Shown here: piece after piece, positions 52,081-64,000 of the stretch
Layout: each line of letters starts with the position of its first letter
Numbering within the stretch: position 1 is the stretch's first letter
DNA from: Eledone cirrhosa
Taxonomy: Eukaryota
Length of the DNA: 64,000 bases
Reading direction: 5' to 3'
Assembly (NCBI GenBank): GCA_964016885.1
Contig: OZ024758.1
Location: 4,216,001-4,280,000, forward strand
Translations under genes and position numbers: made by a program
The notes under the pieces: generated by a model
Databases searched by the model: none
Seen by the model: only the letters and a program-made list of their open reading frames with translations
What the model was told of the DNA's origin: nothing

Positions 52081-52393
52081 TGTTTTGTTTTGGCTGTTAT
52101 GTAAGACATTGTGTTTCTAATAATGAGCCATCTTATTTGTTGTCTTTATTGTTGTAGCTGTTGTTTCTGTTTTTAAGCTACTGTGGTTCGGTAGTGGTTG
52201 CAGTAGATTTTTGATGTGGTTCGTTCACAATGAAATCTTATTGTTTTAATTTTAACCTTGTCAATAATTGCAGTGTAATATCTTTAATCAATTGTGTTAA
52301 TTTATATGACAAAACATATTTAATGAGTGAGAGTATATTATTTGAAGCACACATACTCCCGCATACAAAAACATGAGCAATCACTCACACACA

Positions 52394-52436
<43 letters not shown>

Positions 52437-52683
52437 CACACAGACTTTTATTGTATAACTTTATGTTTGATATTTATATGTACATCAACGTCTGTAACTC
52501 TCTCTTTCTCTCTCATAGAGAGAGATAATGAGAGGTGAGGTGAATATTAAGTACAATCATGTGTATATACATATCGCTATTCACCATATATGTATACACA
52601 CACACATATATATATATATACACAGGCATATATACATAAACAGGAACATATATATATACAGGCATATATACATAAACACGAAC

Positions 52684-52721
<38 letters not shown>

Positions 52722-52749
52722 TACACACTACCAACTTGTATACTCTTTT

Positions 52750-52791
<42 letters not shown>

Positions 52792-52809
52792 GCAAGTCGG
52801 TATCTATGA

Positions 52810-53100
52810 TACTAAGAGTATTATTCTGGGAGTTAAGAAGACATTGATTTTTTACTACTTTTTTCTATTGATATCCGTCGTCTTCCTGATAAGCACATAA
52901 CTCCAACAGAGTATATTAATAAAGAAACAGTGACTTCACATCAACTGATCACAGAAGCTTTTTGAAAGTTGATTTTTAAAGCTGTCAGTTTAATAAATAG
53001 AAATAACGTGTGGATAGTGGTGTTGAAAAATCGTTGAAAAAGTAATTTTCCATTCATGATTACATGATATTGTTCTATTCACTGCAGTAATGGAGTTCGG
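52810..53100 (-). pseudogene. Cys-loop/CR-like relic (NGEW to M2)
   Basis: CNHEWKIT; FIKL; VTVSLLIYSVGV. Confidence 0.45.
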
Positions 53101-53507
53101 TTCTTACACTACATCGACCTCTCTCTCTCTCTCTCTGTATTTATTTCTAGGTTTCTTCTTTATATTTTATTTTTATTTTCTCCCCTCCGCTCCACACCAA
53201 ACCAACCACAATCCAAAATATTTCCTTATTTCTTTTACATCTCCTAAACACACCCTCCTCTCCCCTTGTACTTCCTCTCGTCATTTTTATCAACTCCATC
53301 TACTTGTGCATGAGTTCTTTTGAATTACGTTGATATTATTATTATTATTATTACTATCAACAATAATTAGAAGAAGGAAAAGAACGAGAAGAAGAAGAGG
53401 ATTGAGATGGAAAAAGAAAGTTAGTAATTAAAATAAGCATATATTTTTTATTAAACAGGTTTACTAGTTTATTATGATGAGAATATTTTATCTTATATTA
53501 TTATTAT

Positions 53508-53642
53508 TACGTCCCTTTACGGTCTGAGTTCAAATCCCGCCGAGGTTATCTTTGCCTTTCATCCTTACGGGGTCGATAAAATAAAGTACCAGTAATGCAC
53601 TGGCTAATTGCTGGCCTTGTGCCAAACAGTAGAAACAATTAT
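53508..53642 (+). mobile_element. SINE family 1
   Basis: Core plus tail. Confidence 0.9.
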
Positions 53643-53989
53643 TAACTTAACTAACCATTAGCGAAACCTCTAGTAGCGGAAAACAGCAGCAGCAGCAGTA
53701 GTAGTAGTAGTAGTGATTTTGGTGGGGGTGTGGTTTCTATTTCAATTTTTTTATTTCTTTTCATATTAAAAACGAAATTACTGATTTATTCAAAATACAG
53801 AATTTCACGATCCTTTTTATTTCCGTTCACTTATGGAACCATATTTAGTTTTTAAAGAAGAAGATAAGTTTTCTGAGAATTGAAATGAGAAATGGAATTA
53901 AAGTGAGCCTGAAGGTTAATAGCTATGATGGTCCCTCAGTGAATATAATGATTTGTAGGAGCTAACGAATGTATTGATATACTAAATAA

Positions 53990-54170
53990 AATAAAAAAAT
54001 ATATTCCTAGCAGCTAACATCCTGCAGTGTAGAATAATATCACCAATGCGGTGAAGAATAGCAGTGATATAACGGTGCTGTGAATCGGAGAGTTCTTGTA
54101 AAGTTGATCTAGAGAGGATAGAATAAAAGTAATTATTCCACATCATATTCGCCTTAAACCCCGCCGAGAA
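53990..54170 (-). pseudogene. Possible Cys-loop/CR-like relic (M2-M3)
   Basis: GIITFILSSLDQLYKNSPIHSTVISLLFFTALVILF. Confidence 0.35.
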
Positions 54171-54703
54171 AGAAGTGATTGATATGAAGGGATAGACATA
54201 CATTCATACATACATACATATATATGCCTATGGATGTATTTATCTGTAGAAAGGTTAGGTGCCTCAAAATGATATGCGACATTTTTAATAGGTGGCGTAG
54301 CCCATCTCCCCTCTCGATCTATACTCAACCGATTTCTTCCAGGAAAGGAAGGTAATAGAGAAGAAACAAGATATATATAAGAAGAAGTGACGCCAATACT
54401 CTAATAGTATATTGTTTATCGATCTCTAAAGGATAAAAAACAAAAACTTGACGTCTAGTGTATTTCAAACCCAGAAAGACGGAACGAATATCGTAAGTCA
54501 TTCTATCCGTCGTTAATGACTAGTCCAATTCAACGCCTACATATATATTAATATAGTTATATATATTCATTTAATGAATAGGTTATTCTGATGTCTAAAA
54601 TTCCACCCTTGCTTAAAAGAAAACTATGATAGTGAATAAGTCATTTTTATAGAAATCCTTAAGACTTTATTCCCACTATTTTATCTTATGCACATTTGCT
54701 GAG

Positions 54704-54749
<46 letters not shown>

Positions 54750-54949
54750 CCCCTGAACGGTTTTTACATTAAATATGTATAAAATTTAAACGAACAAAAA
54801 GTAAAGTATTCTATCGTTTCCTACGGCATATCGCCTCATAACACCGGTTTTTGAATGCCGTAATATTACGTCGAACATTGCTCGGAGAAGACAATATAAC
54901 ATTGAATGATTATCTTTCACCACCCTTCTTGTATATTAGAAATGAATAT

Positions 54950-55791
54950 TTTAAAGCAATATTCGCTCGTTGATTCTGAAAACCATTTGGCATTGACAGA
55001 TTTTGAACAGAAGAAAAAAGAACACAGGCTTTTATATACAAAGACCTGATTCTATGAACATAGTGTTTCAAAATATTCCAATATAGCTATTCAAATACTA
55101 TATACTTCAAAAACTTTCATATTCAATATCATGTTAAATTTATTTTCGCAATTCTTTCTACGAGAAAGCACAAAAATAAATAATCTATGTCAAAACAAAA
55201 CTATAAGGAAATATATTGCCGCATATAAAAGAAAAATATATTCTTCCTGGAAACCAGAGAAATGAAAGCGCAATACATTATACATACCCACTCAGTCTCG
55301 TACACAAACGCCTTCAGATGCATACACAGCCATTAAAACAGATATACACAGAAGGAAACATGTTTATACGCATATATATATATAGGTATATATGTAAGTA
55401 TGTAGTGGGTGTCCCAAAAATACACATTTCAACAGCTTTCTAATCAAAGTGTCATATTTTTCTGAGAGATCCTGTATGTGTATATTTATATATATATTTG
55501 TGTATGTATGTATATATGTAAAAGGTAAACAGAAATTACAACACAATCGGTACTGTATATGGAAGGAATATATTAGGTTAACGCTTGATATAGCAGGAAG
55601 AGGGTCTTAACGTTTCACACACACACACACACAACGTTATATATAATTGACAGCTGGTCAATCAATGATAAACATTGATTGCCAAATAAATTAACTATGG
55701 AGTTATAAAAGATACAGAAGCGAAAACCAACCAAACAGTGGTTGTGTTCTGTTATTTCTGGCAATATTACAACAATATCACCCTCCCCAAG

Positions 55792-55832
<41 letters not shown>

Positions 55833-56480
55833 CCTTTTGAAATAGGATGACTGTTTGATACATCTATTTTAAACATCTACACATCATAAAACAATATGGG
55901 CGCTAATTTTCATAAAGCCACACGTCTAAAAATGTTACAAGATACCTATTCCAAGAGAGACGGTGGTATAAATTGTTACGCCGTGTATTTCATATGCAAT
56001 AGTAAAAATATATATCACATTTTTAAATGTCGTTTGCAGACATCATTCTCTCTTTAGATAAAACTGTATGTCAGGTTTTTAAAAGATGTCAGATGTGCAT
56101 CAAACATACAGACCCCAGGGTGGCCGGTTTATTGAAAAATGGATTCTTATGAATAGTAATTTAGTTCATCTTCCTACAATTGCCAAATTTGGAATAGTCG
56201 CAGCATGTGAACAATGAAATCTCTTCGATTGCAATAAGTATAGATTCTTGGTAGAAGACAAAATTATTTTATTTGAAACGCGATTATAAATTGTAACGTA
56301 TCTAAAGTTTGGGGAATGTTTGTCCTAAGTCCGTGTACCATAGGTTGGCTTTTTTTGGACACGTAAACCTTTTGACTTATCCAAAATGTGACCGGCTATG
56401 GGACGTACTTCCCCCACTTACGTTGTCTTCATTTCATGCGTCTTTTTTATGATGGAATGATTAAAAGCTCTGTAGGTCGC
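54950..56480 (-). pseudogene. Weak, fragmented Cys-loop/CR-like relic
   Basis: EVRPI; QTLDT; QIWQ; LFIFVLS..CENKF. Confidence 0.35.
55640..55795. mobile_element. Dispersed repeat (reverse complement of 61405-61545)
   Basis: ATGATAAACATTGATTGCCA...CAAACAGTG...GTTCTGTTATTTCTGGCAAT...CCCCAAGTAT. Confidence 0.8.
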
Positions 56481-56799
56481 GAATCATCGAAAACGAAAGT
56501 TAATTACATTATAATTTACGTATGTAAATGAGAGATTTATGAATGCAAATTCATTTCAATTCTTCTGAATCCATTTATAGCAGCAGTTATTCTTGTCATA
56601 AGCTCATTTGTTCTGAAATCTAATTCCACAAAATACATATGTTACACCTGAAATATGTGATGTGTTTTGCGAGTAATTAGTCACTTGAGCACACCAGATT
56701 TAAATCATGGCTGCCAGCACTAACATTATCTCTCCTATCTGAGAGGGAGATATACGTCAAATGCAGCTGAAATGCTTTATATTCTCATATATTAACAAT

Positions 56800-57900
56800 G
56801 GCTTAATATATTTAATCCCAAAAAGACACCCGCAATATATTATCTATGAAATTATGCTCGTTGTCAGTGCAAAACCAACGAAATCACAAAGCTATCCAAT
56901 TGTCTATTAACGTGTTTCAAACAATAATTTCCATCAAATTGTGAAATGTGGGTGGGTGTAGGGGAGTGTATTGATGTTATATTACTGGAAGCTAATTTAT
57001 GGATGTGCAACTGATGAAAGGCGACTTCTCTGAGATTTCCACTTGAATCGTAGAAGAACGAAAGAAAATACTTCATAAATTCTAGTTTCTGCTATTACTG
57101 CTATGCAAATAATTATTCGAGAAACAATTTCCACATTTTAATTATTTTATCAAACTCCTATCTGTCTCAAAATTCGATCCTTCATTTCTCAGTCAACACT
57201 GAAAAAATTACCTGCCTCAAGTATATGAAAGAATGATTATCAAGAAGATTTGACTGTAGACTATTACAATCTTCATAATTACTTAATGCATGTATGGTTC
57301 CCCCCTGCTTGTTCTCAATTACTCCAGGAATGCGTGTTCAAAGCCAAGACTGAAGCACAAATGAAGTACAAATTTTCTAAATAATTTTGCGTGATTCAAT
57401 CTTAAATCTTGAAATTATATCTGAAATGATACCTTTTTTTTATTTGAGTTTAACTATTTATTGCCTCTCGGCATTTGTTTACTTTCTCAAACTAAGAACA
57501 AAATACTTATAAGGATTTTGTGCATAGCATTCTACAGCTCACATCATATTGAAAAAACAGATGCCTTTGGTTCATTCCAGTAATATCTCTGAACTATGAA
57601 AATATACAGATTTATAATCCTGCAACACGTTAAGTAATACAAGGTATGAGATAAATACAACACAATGAAAGGAACTAAATCTAAGTCTGTAATAAGAGAT
57701 GAGAGGAAACTTATGCAGCCTTATGTCGGGTTTATGCCATACCTGTTAGTGGGACAAATTTAGCAGTCTACTGCTAATCGAGTTTATCTCGTAAGAAATG
57801 TGTTCCGCTAATAACTATCTCATCTAATTTTGAGACAAAATATCTAATAAAAACATCTGCACAGGAAATGTACAAGATTTAATGGAAGCCAAACATTTGC
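56800..57900 (-). pseudogene. Cys-loop/CR-like pseudogene, ECD to M4
   Basis: FVSKLDEIVISG; QVWHKPDIRLH at 57711-57745; YWNEPKASVFSI*CEL; LKHVNRQLDSFVISLV/FALTTSII (M4). Confidence 0.72.
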
Positions 57901-58229
57901 GTAACGCAAACAAACATATGCTGCAACTTACAAGAACGGAACGACTTTATAAATACAATTTATATTCCTATTTATAAAATATCATGATCTCACGTCGTAT
58001 TCAAAAATACAAGCGAAGCACTAAATCTGAATGAAAGAAACCCCCTAGAAAATTTCGCACAGTCATCAGTCATAAATGCTTGATTGATCTGGGTTGCAAA
58101 AATACATACAGGATAAGACACTTTGAGGGCATTTGGTATATAAACGATCAGAACGATCAACTAGGGGAAATCAAAATAGAGAATTCACTTCTAGATAGAG
58201 CGAGACAGAAAGATTGAGATCATACTGAA

Positions 58230-58445
58230 TAATGGTTTCCTATATAGGCACATGGCCAATTTTGAAGGAGGGGAAATCAATTTTATCGATCTCCAGGGCG
58301 TGGCTGGTACTTTATTTTTATCGACCCTGTAAGGATAAAAGGCAAAGTTAAACTCGGCGGGATTTGAACGCAGATCATAAAGGGCCGTAAATATGCTGAA
58401 AAACATGGCATCCGACCCTCTACCGATACTGCCAATACACCGCCA
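58230..58445 (-). mobile_element. Full SINE family 1 variant with target-site duplication
   Basis: GATCATACTGAATAAT (58218) / GATCATACTAAATAAT (58447). Confidence 0.92.
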
Positions 58446-58639
58446 TGATCATACTAAATAATATATCTATGGATGAAACGGAAAACAAAATGCTCTTTTT
58501 ACAAACAGTCTCCTCAGAACTAACACCACTCCACTTCATGGCCACAATATTTTTCAACCAACCTAAGTGCGTTGAGAAAGGATGATGGAGGTATTGCTAT
58601 TTGTATTCAATTGACTTTTAGCTAATATAACCTGCAGGT

Positions 58640-58900
58640 TATAAGCAGGGGACTTCAGTGTTAAACTGTTCCTTGGCTAGTAGTATTTTTTGCTGGATTC
58701 TTAGAGATGTAATTTCTTGGGTCATTCCAAAAATTGCCAAACCTTAACAAATTTTGGCACGACCCAAACTTGATTACTGCTGCCAGAATGGTCACCAGTC
58801 ACCGAATCAAATTATATGGAATTTGAAACAAACCAAAGATGGCTTATAAGAACGTAATATAAGGTACAGTTGTCGATGATGCCCGAGGTTGGCTACAATT
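58640..58900 (+). mobile_element. CR1/L2-like LINE RT C-terminal fragment
   Basis: WILR; ILARPKLDYCCQ/WSP matches the VRPxLEYCxxVWSP motif. Confidence 0.7.
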
Positions 58901-59399
58901 ACGAACGCAAATGTGAGCCGAATCTCATTTGTATGTTGTGGAAAATATACCTAAACGCAAATATATTGCATCGGCTGTAAACCTTTATTCGTGTAGAACA
59001 TGAAATCCAAAGTATTATTGATGTCTTGGGCATGATGCGAAAGAATTTCCCTTGTGTATCTATATATTTAAACAATTATACATTCAGACTTTGGCGTTAC
59101 ACTGTATGTAGATAGCTCTTAAATTCAAAAACGTAACTTTCTGATTCCATAAATAGATATTGATAAAATATGCGCTATACTGGTCATAGATCGTTCGATA
59201 TGATCAATGAAACACTACTGAAAGGATTGCGCTGCAACAGACAACGTCCGATGAAGGGAGACTGTAAAATAAGTTATATATAAAACACACAGCCATCCAC
59301 AAACACACACACAAATGCATATATATTCTCACACATATGTATGAATATATATATGTATACATACATATATAGATATATGTATACATATATAGATATATT

Positions 59400-60022
59400 T
59401 ATACATACATATATGTATACATACATATATGTATACATACATATATGTATACATACATATATGTATACATACATATATGTATACATACATATATGTATAC
59501 ATACATATATGCATCCATATATACACATATGTATGCATCCATATATCCATATGTATGCATACATATATCCATATATGCGTGTATACATATATCTATATAT
59601 GCGTGTATACATATATCTATATATGCGTGTATACATATATCCATATATGTATGCATACATATATCCATATATGCGTGTATACATATATCTATATATGCGT
59701 GTATACATATATCCATATATGTATGCATACATATATCCATATATGTATGCATACATATATCCATATATGCGTGTATACATATATCCATATATGCGTGTAT
59801 ACATATATCTATATATGCGTGTATACATATATCTATATATGCGTGTATACATATATCTATATATGCGTGTATACATATATCTATATATGCGTGTATACAT
59901 ATATCTATATATGCGTGTATACATATATCTATATATGCGTGTATACATATATCTATATATGCGTGTATACATATATCTATATATGCGTGTATACATATAT
60001 CTATATATGCGTGTATACATAT
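59400..60022. repeat. 24-bp minisatellite GTATACATATATCTATATATGCGT (shorter related units at its left end)
   Basis: About 19 units, homogeneous at the right end. Confidence 0.95.
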
Positions 60023-60172
60023 AGGTAAGCAAGTAAATATATATTTACACATATATATCTATACATATACACATATATATCTATACATATACACATATAT
60101 ATCTATACATATACACATATATATCTATACATATATATATATATATATATATACATAAACACATATATATCT

Positions 60173-60203
<31 letters not shown>

Positions 60204-60220
60204 GATAAACATATATATCT

Positions 60221-60251
<31 letters not shown>

Positions 60252-60268
60252 GATAAACATATATATCT

Positions 60269-60303
<35 letters not shown>

Positions 60304-60318
60304 AACACATATATATCT

Positions 60319-60353
<35 letters not shown>

Positions 60354-60450
60354 AACACATATATATCTATACATATATATATATATATATATACATAAAC
60401 ATATAGGTAAGCAAGTAAATATATATTTACATATATACACACACATATCT

Positions 60451-60507
<57 letters not shown>

Positions 60508-60891
60508 TATATTGATACATATATATATATATATATACTTGTGTGTGTTTCTGGACTAGTGTACGTATATATTTTTGTTATATTACTGTATATGTATGAA
60601 CTACCGATATGCAAACATTCTAATATCGAGAAAGAAATATCATCCTGGTGACGAGATGCTAGGGTGAGATATACAAGATAAATCTACCAACTAGCATATC
60701 TATCGGACATCACTGAGTGGCAAAGACATTTTTAAGACAATGAATATTTCATCATTCCCATCGACGTTTCGCCAAATACACAAGAAATTGCAGAATCTAG
60801 AAATAAGTATTTTTCTTGAATTGCAAGTGCCTGGAGAACCAAGGAACTTTTATACAATAGGCGCTAAAAACTTTACTCGCAAACATAACGG

Positions 60892-61404
60892 ATATTGGTA
60901 GATGTACAGATACATATACCTATATGTATACAGCTATGTCGTCGAAGAGAACAGTTTAATTATATGAATATATATATATATATATTATATATATATTATA
61001 TATATATATATGCAAAAGTTTTATTTAAAATTGTAGGGTTACAACGAGTAAATATTTTATAACTGATATAAAAGCACTCAACAGGTTTTGGAAATATATA
61101 TAATGAAATAAATATGGTTTTATAAATATAGTTTCCATTTGTTTAATATCGTATATATATATATATATATTATATATATATATATATTATATATATATAT
61201 ATATATTATATATATATATATTATATATATATATATATATTATGTTTTGCAAGGTTTTTGATGCGAAATCGTATGTCGAAACAAATATTATTATACTTGG
61301 GGAGAGTCATATTGTTGTAATAATATATTCATATAATTAAGCTGTTCGCTCCGACGACATAGCTGTATACATATAGGTATATGTATCTGTACATCTACCA
61401 ATAT
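60892..61404. mobile_element. Inverted-repeat element with ~80-bp arms around a (TA)-rich core
   Basis: ATATTGGTAGATGTACAGATACATATACCTATATGTATACAGCTATGTCGTCG ... CGACGACATAGCTGTATACATATAGGTATATGTATCTGTACATCTACCAATAT. Confidence 0.85.
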
Positions 61405-61730
61405 ACTTGGGGAGTATCATATTGTCGTAATAAAATTGCCAGAAATAATAACAGAACACACTCACTGTTTGGTTTGTTTTCGCCTCTGTATCTCTTATAT
61501 CTCCATAGTTAATTTATCTGGCAATCAATGTTTATCATTTATTGCCAGATAAATAAAAAATACAGATATAAATATATATATTATATATATTATATATATA
61601 TATATATATATAGTCTATCAAAGTTCTTTCGTTATGTTCTGTTATTATTTCTGACATAATATGACACTCCAAGTATGACACACGATTTCATATAAAAGAC
61701 CTTGCAAAATATATGTTTGCGTGCGCGCGC

Positions 61731-61765
<35 letters not shown>

Positions 61766-61768
<3 letters not shown>

Positions 61769-61952
61769 ATAATAAATGTGAAGACTAAAATCCGAAGAGG
61801 GCTCTTCAGAAGATCCCGTTAAGGTCGAAAGCAGCGATTCTGTGCTTAAACTTTAATCTGTTATTTTAATAAATATTTATTCTATGGTTTTATATATATA
61901 TATATAATCCTTATCGAGCCCTCTACGGATTTTAGCCCGCACATTTATTATT
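61766..61952. mobile_element. Inverted-repeat element; family shared with 50495-50710
   Basis: AATAATAAATGTGAAGACTAAAATCCGAAGAGGGCTC ... GAGCCCTCTACGGATTTTAGCCCGCACATTTATTATT. Confidence 0.75.
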
Positions 61953-62518
61953 AATACTGTATGTATGTATGGCTACTTATGAACAAACACATTTAGATGC
62001 ACAAACACACACACGCAAACATACTTATACATAAACCCATACTTATACACGAGATCATATATTCATATATACATACAAGTTTACGCAATTATTTCTATAT
62101 TCATATATATATATATATATATTTATACGTATATGTGTGAATAACATCTTCGAATTCTGGTGTCTGCTTACGCAATGTGGTTCATTTAAACCAAATTGCT
62201 GCTCCATTTTGCTGATAGCTATAGCACTTAACTATAAAATCGACATCCATCCCTGTGTAGTTGAAAAATAATTGCCACCTATATATGCATTTATTCAAAC
62301 TCTACCTAAATACGTACAAGCTTACATAAAGACATTTCCATGCACACGTACATTGGTATGTTCGTGCATTCTCGTGCGTACAAACACATATATACACAAA
62401 CACAGACACACATATGCATAGACACACATGCATAGGCACATACAGACACACATATATATAGATATTCATACATATATGTGTGCGTGAGTGTACGTATGTA
62501 TTTGTAGGAACGAGCTGT

Positions 62519-62593
<75 letters not shown>

Positions 62594-63521
62594 ATTGCAA
62601 ATATATAGATATATAAATATACAACCACTGAGGGATTGCGAGCTTTTGAAATTGCAGTTCTTACACGCGATTCTCTAACAACGTAATATCTATGCTGCAG
62701 CGAGAACTTTTTGATATTCCAACTTTCTCTAATGATCTTTCTTCGCAATACACAGATAGCTTGTCTTTTCTTCCATCTTTGATTTGACACACACCATCCC
62801 CTTCAGACACCCAACACAATATCCTACTCTTGCTTCAATTTCTTGTCATACGTATATTTTTTTTTTTTTTTTTTTAATGTATTTGTTTTTTCATCGACTA
62901 ATTTATTCTCTTTACCTTTTTGCAACAAATGAGCGATTTTACCGCATCACGATCTCAGCTTTATGTCAGGATGACATTGGAGATCAAAGTTATAAGGACA
63001 AATTTTTACTTGGTTTCCAAGTTACTAATATACATTTGATAGGTTGTGCAAATCCCAGAAGTCAGACTTATTGAACAAGATCGAAATGCGTGTAGATGTG
63101 TAGGCTGGTAATTCCTTGTATAAATGTAACTATGTATGTATAAATGTATGTATGAATGTATGTATTTCGACAGATGAGGAAGGTAGCAAGTTTTATTTAT
63201 ATATATATATATACGTATATGTTTATAGCGTAAATCTAATAATATATTTCTTCATTGCATTGTGACGTTTGCTTTGTTATATTTATTCGCCATTTGCATA
63301 TTATATATATGTGAGACAAACCACAACAGAAACACAAACCCTCCATCTCGATTTTACTTGATAAAAACATAAAAACTGTGAAACCGGTAAAGCAAATTAA
63401 TCGATATTCTTTAAAGACTCCAGTTCCATTTTCAATTTGTTTTCCTTATATATATATATAAGGAAAACAAATGCAGTAAATGTTACATGGTGTTACTAGC
63501 TTCCCGTTTGGCGAGACAGGG

Positions 63522-63581
<60 letters not shown>

Positions 63582-63759
63582 GTGTTTATGTATAGATGTG
63601 TGTATGTATAGATGTGTGCATGTGTGCGTATCTGTGTGGATGCATGTATATTGGGATATATTTCCATGTAAGTTGGTGGGTCTGGACCACCATATATGTT
63701 ACGCCAAAAGTTATTTAAAACAAATTTCCTTGTTGCCTTTATAACATTCATTACTGATA

Positions 63760-63962
63760 TACGGATTGGCAGAGGGTCGGACGTCATGCTTTGCAGCATA
63801 GAGATACGGCCCTTTATGATCCGAGTTCAAATCCGGCCGAGGTTAATTTGCCTCGCTTCCTTACGGGGTCGATCAAATAAAGTACCAGTCACACACTGGA
63901 GTCTATTTAATCTAATTTACCTCCCCAAAATTGCTGGCCTTTTGCCTATATAAGAAACCATT
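63760..63962 (+). mobile_element. SINE family 1 variant
   Basis: Head, core, long tail; ATTAC(T/C)GATAT flanks. Confidence 0.88.
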
Positions 63963-64000
63963 ATTACCGATATGAAGAAATTCAGTTTTGGGAAATATCG

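Larger units (their letters stand above)
58447..62290 (-). pseudogene. Cys-loop/CR-like pseudogene spread over 3.8 kb by insertions
   Basis: LFFNYT..DVDF..IWFK*..PEFEDV (62140-62280); VDGN, FATQ*CPIDM (60690-60770); NLFYSLPSS..SAILSVVF..TIYD (59170-59280); MKWSGVSS (M4, ~58520-58540). Confidence 0.55.

Noticed and set aside
59274-60158. Tyr/Met-rich repetitive ORFs (superficially reflectin-like)
   Set aside because: 24-bp TA-rich minisatellite; lacks the reflectin M/FD(X)5MD(X)5MD motif.

Overview
Strongly AT-rich, microsatellite-dense eukaryotic DNA. Its tRNA-derived SINEs (Nin/Deu-type core GCCTTTCATCCTTACGGGGTCGATAAAATAAAGTACCAG) indicate an octopod cephalopod genome. I find no intact protein-coding gene: the long ORFs in the track are translations of simple repeats or SINEs. 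Reading the unique sequence between repeats on the minus strand shows about 25-30 short, heavily decayed, apparently intronless relics of Cys-loop (nicotinic-receptor-like) channel genes. Their motifs appear in the expected order (ExRL..L, RP, LDE..QTL, WxDxxLxW, IWxPDI, C-x-D-I-x-x-F/Y-PFD, NGEW, LKRxP-M1, SGEKI-M2, LP..S-M3, W..V..LD-M4), all on the minus strand, from one end of the window to the other. This matches the known organisation of octopus chemotactile receptor (CR) tandem arrays, but every copy here appears dead, shortened by deletions and interrupted by SINEs, LINE fragments, hairpin elements and minisatellites. Motifs were read by eye, so relic boundaries are approximate and individual calls need HMM confirmation.
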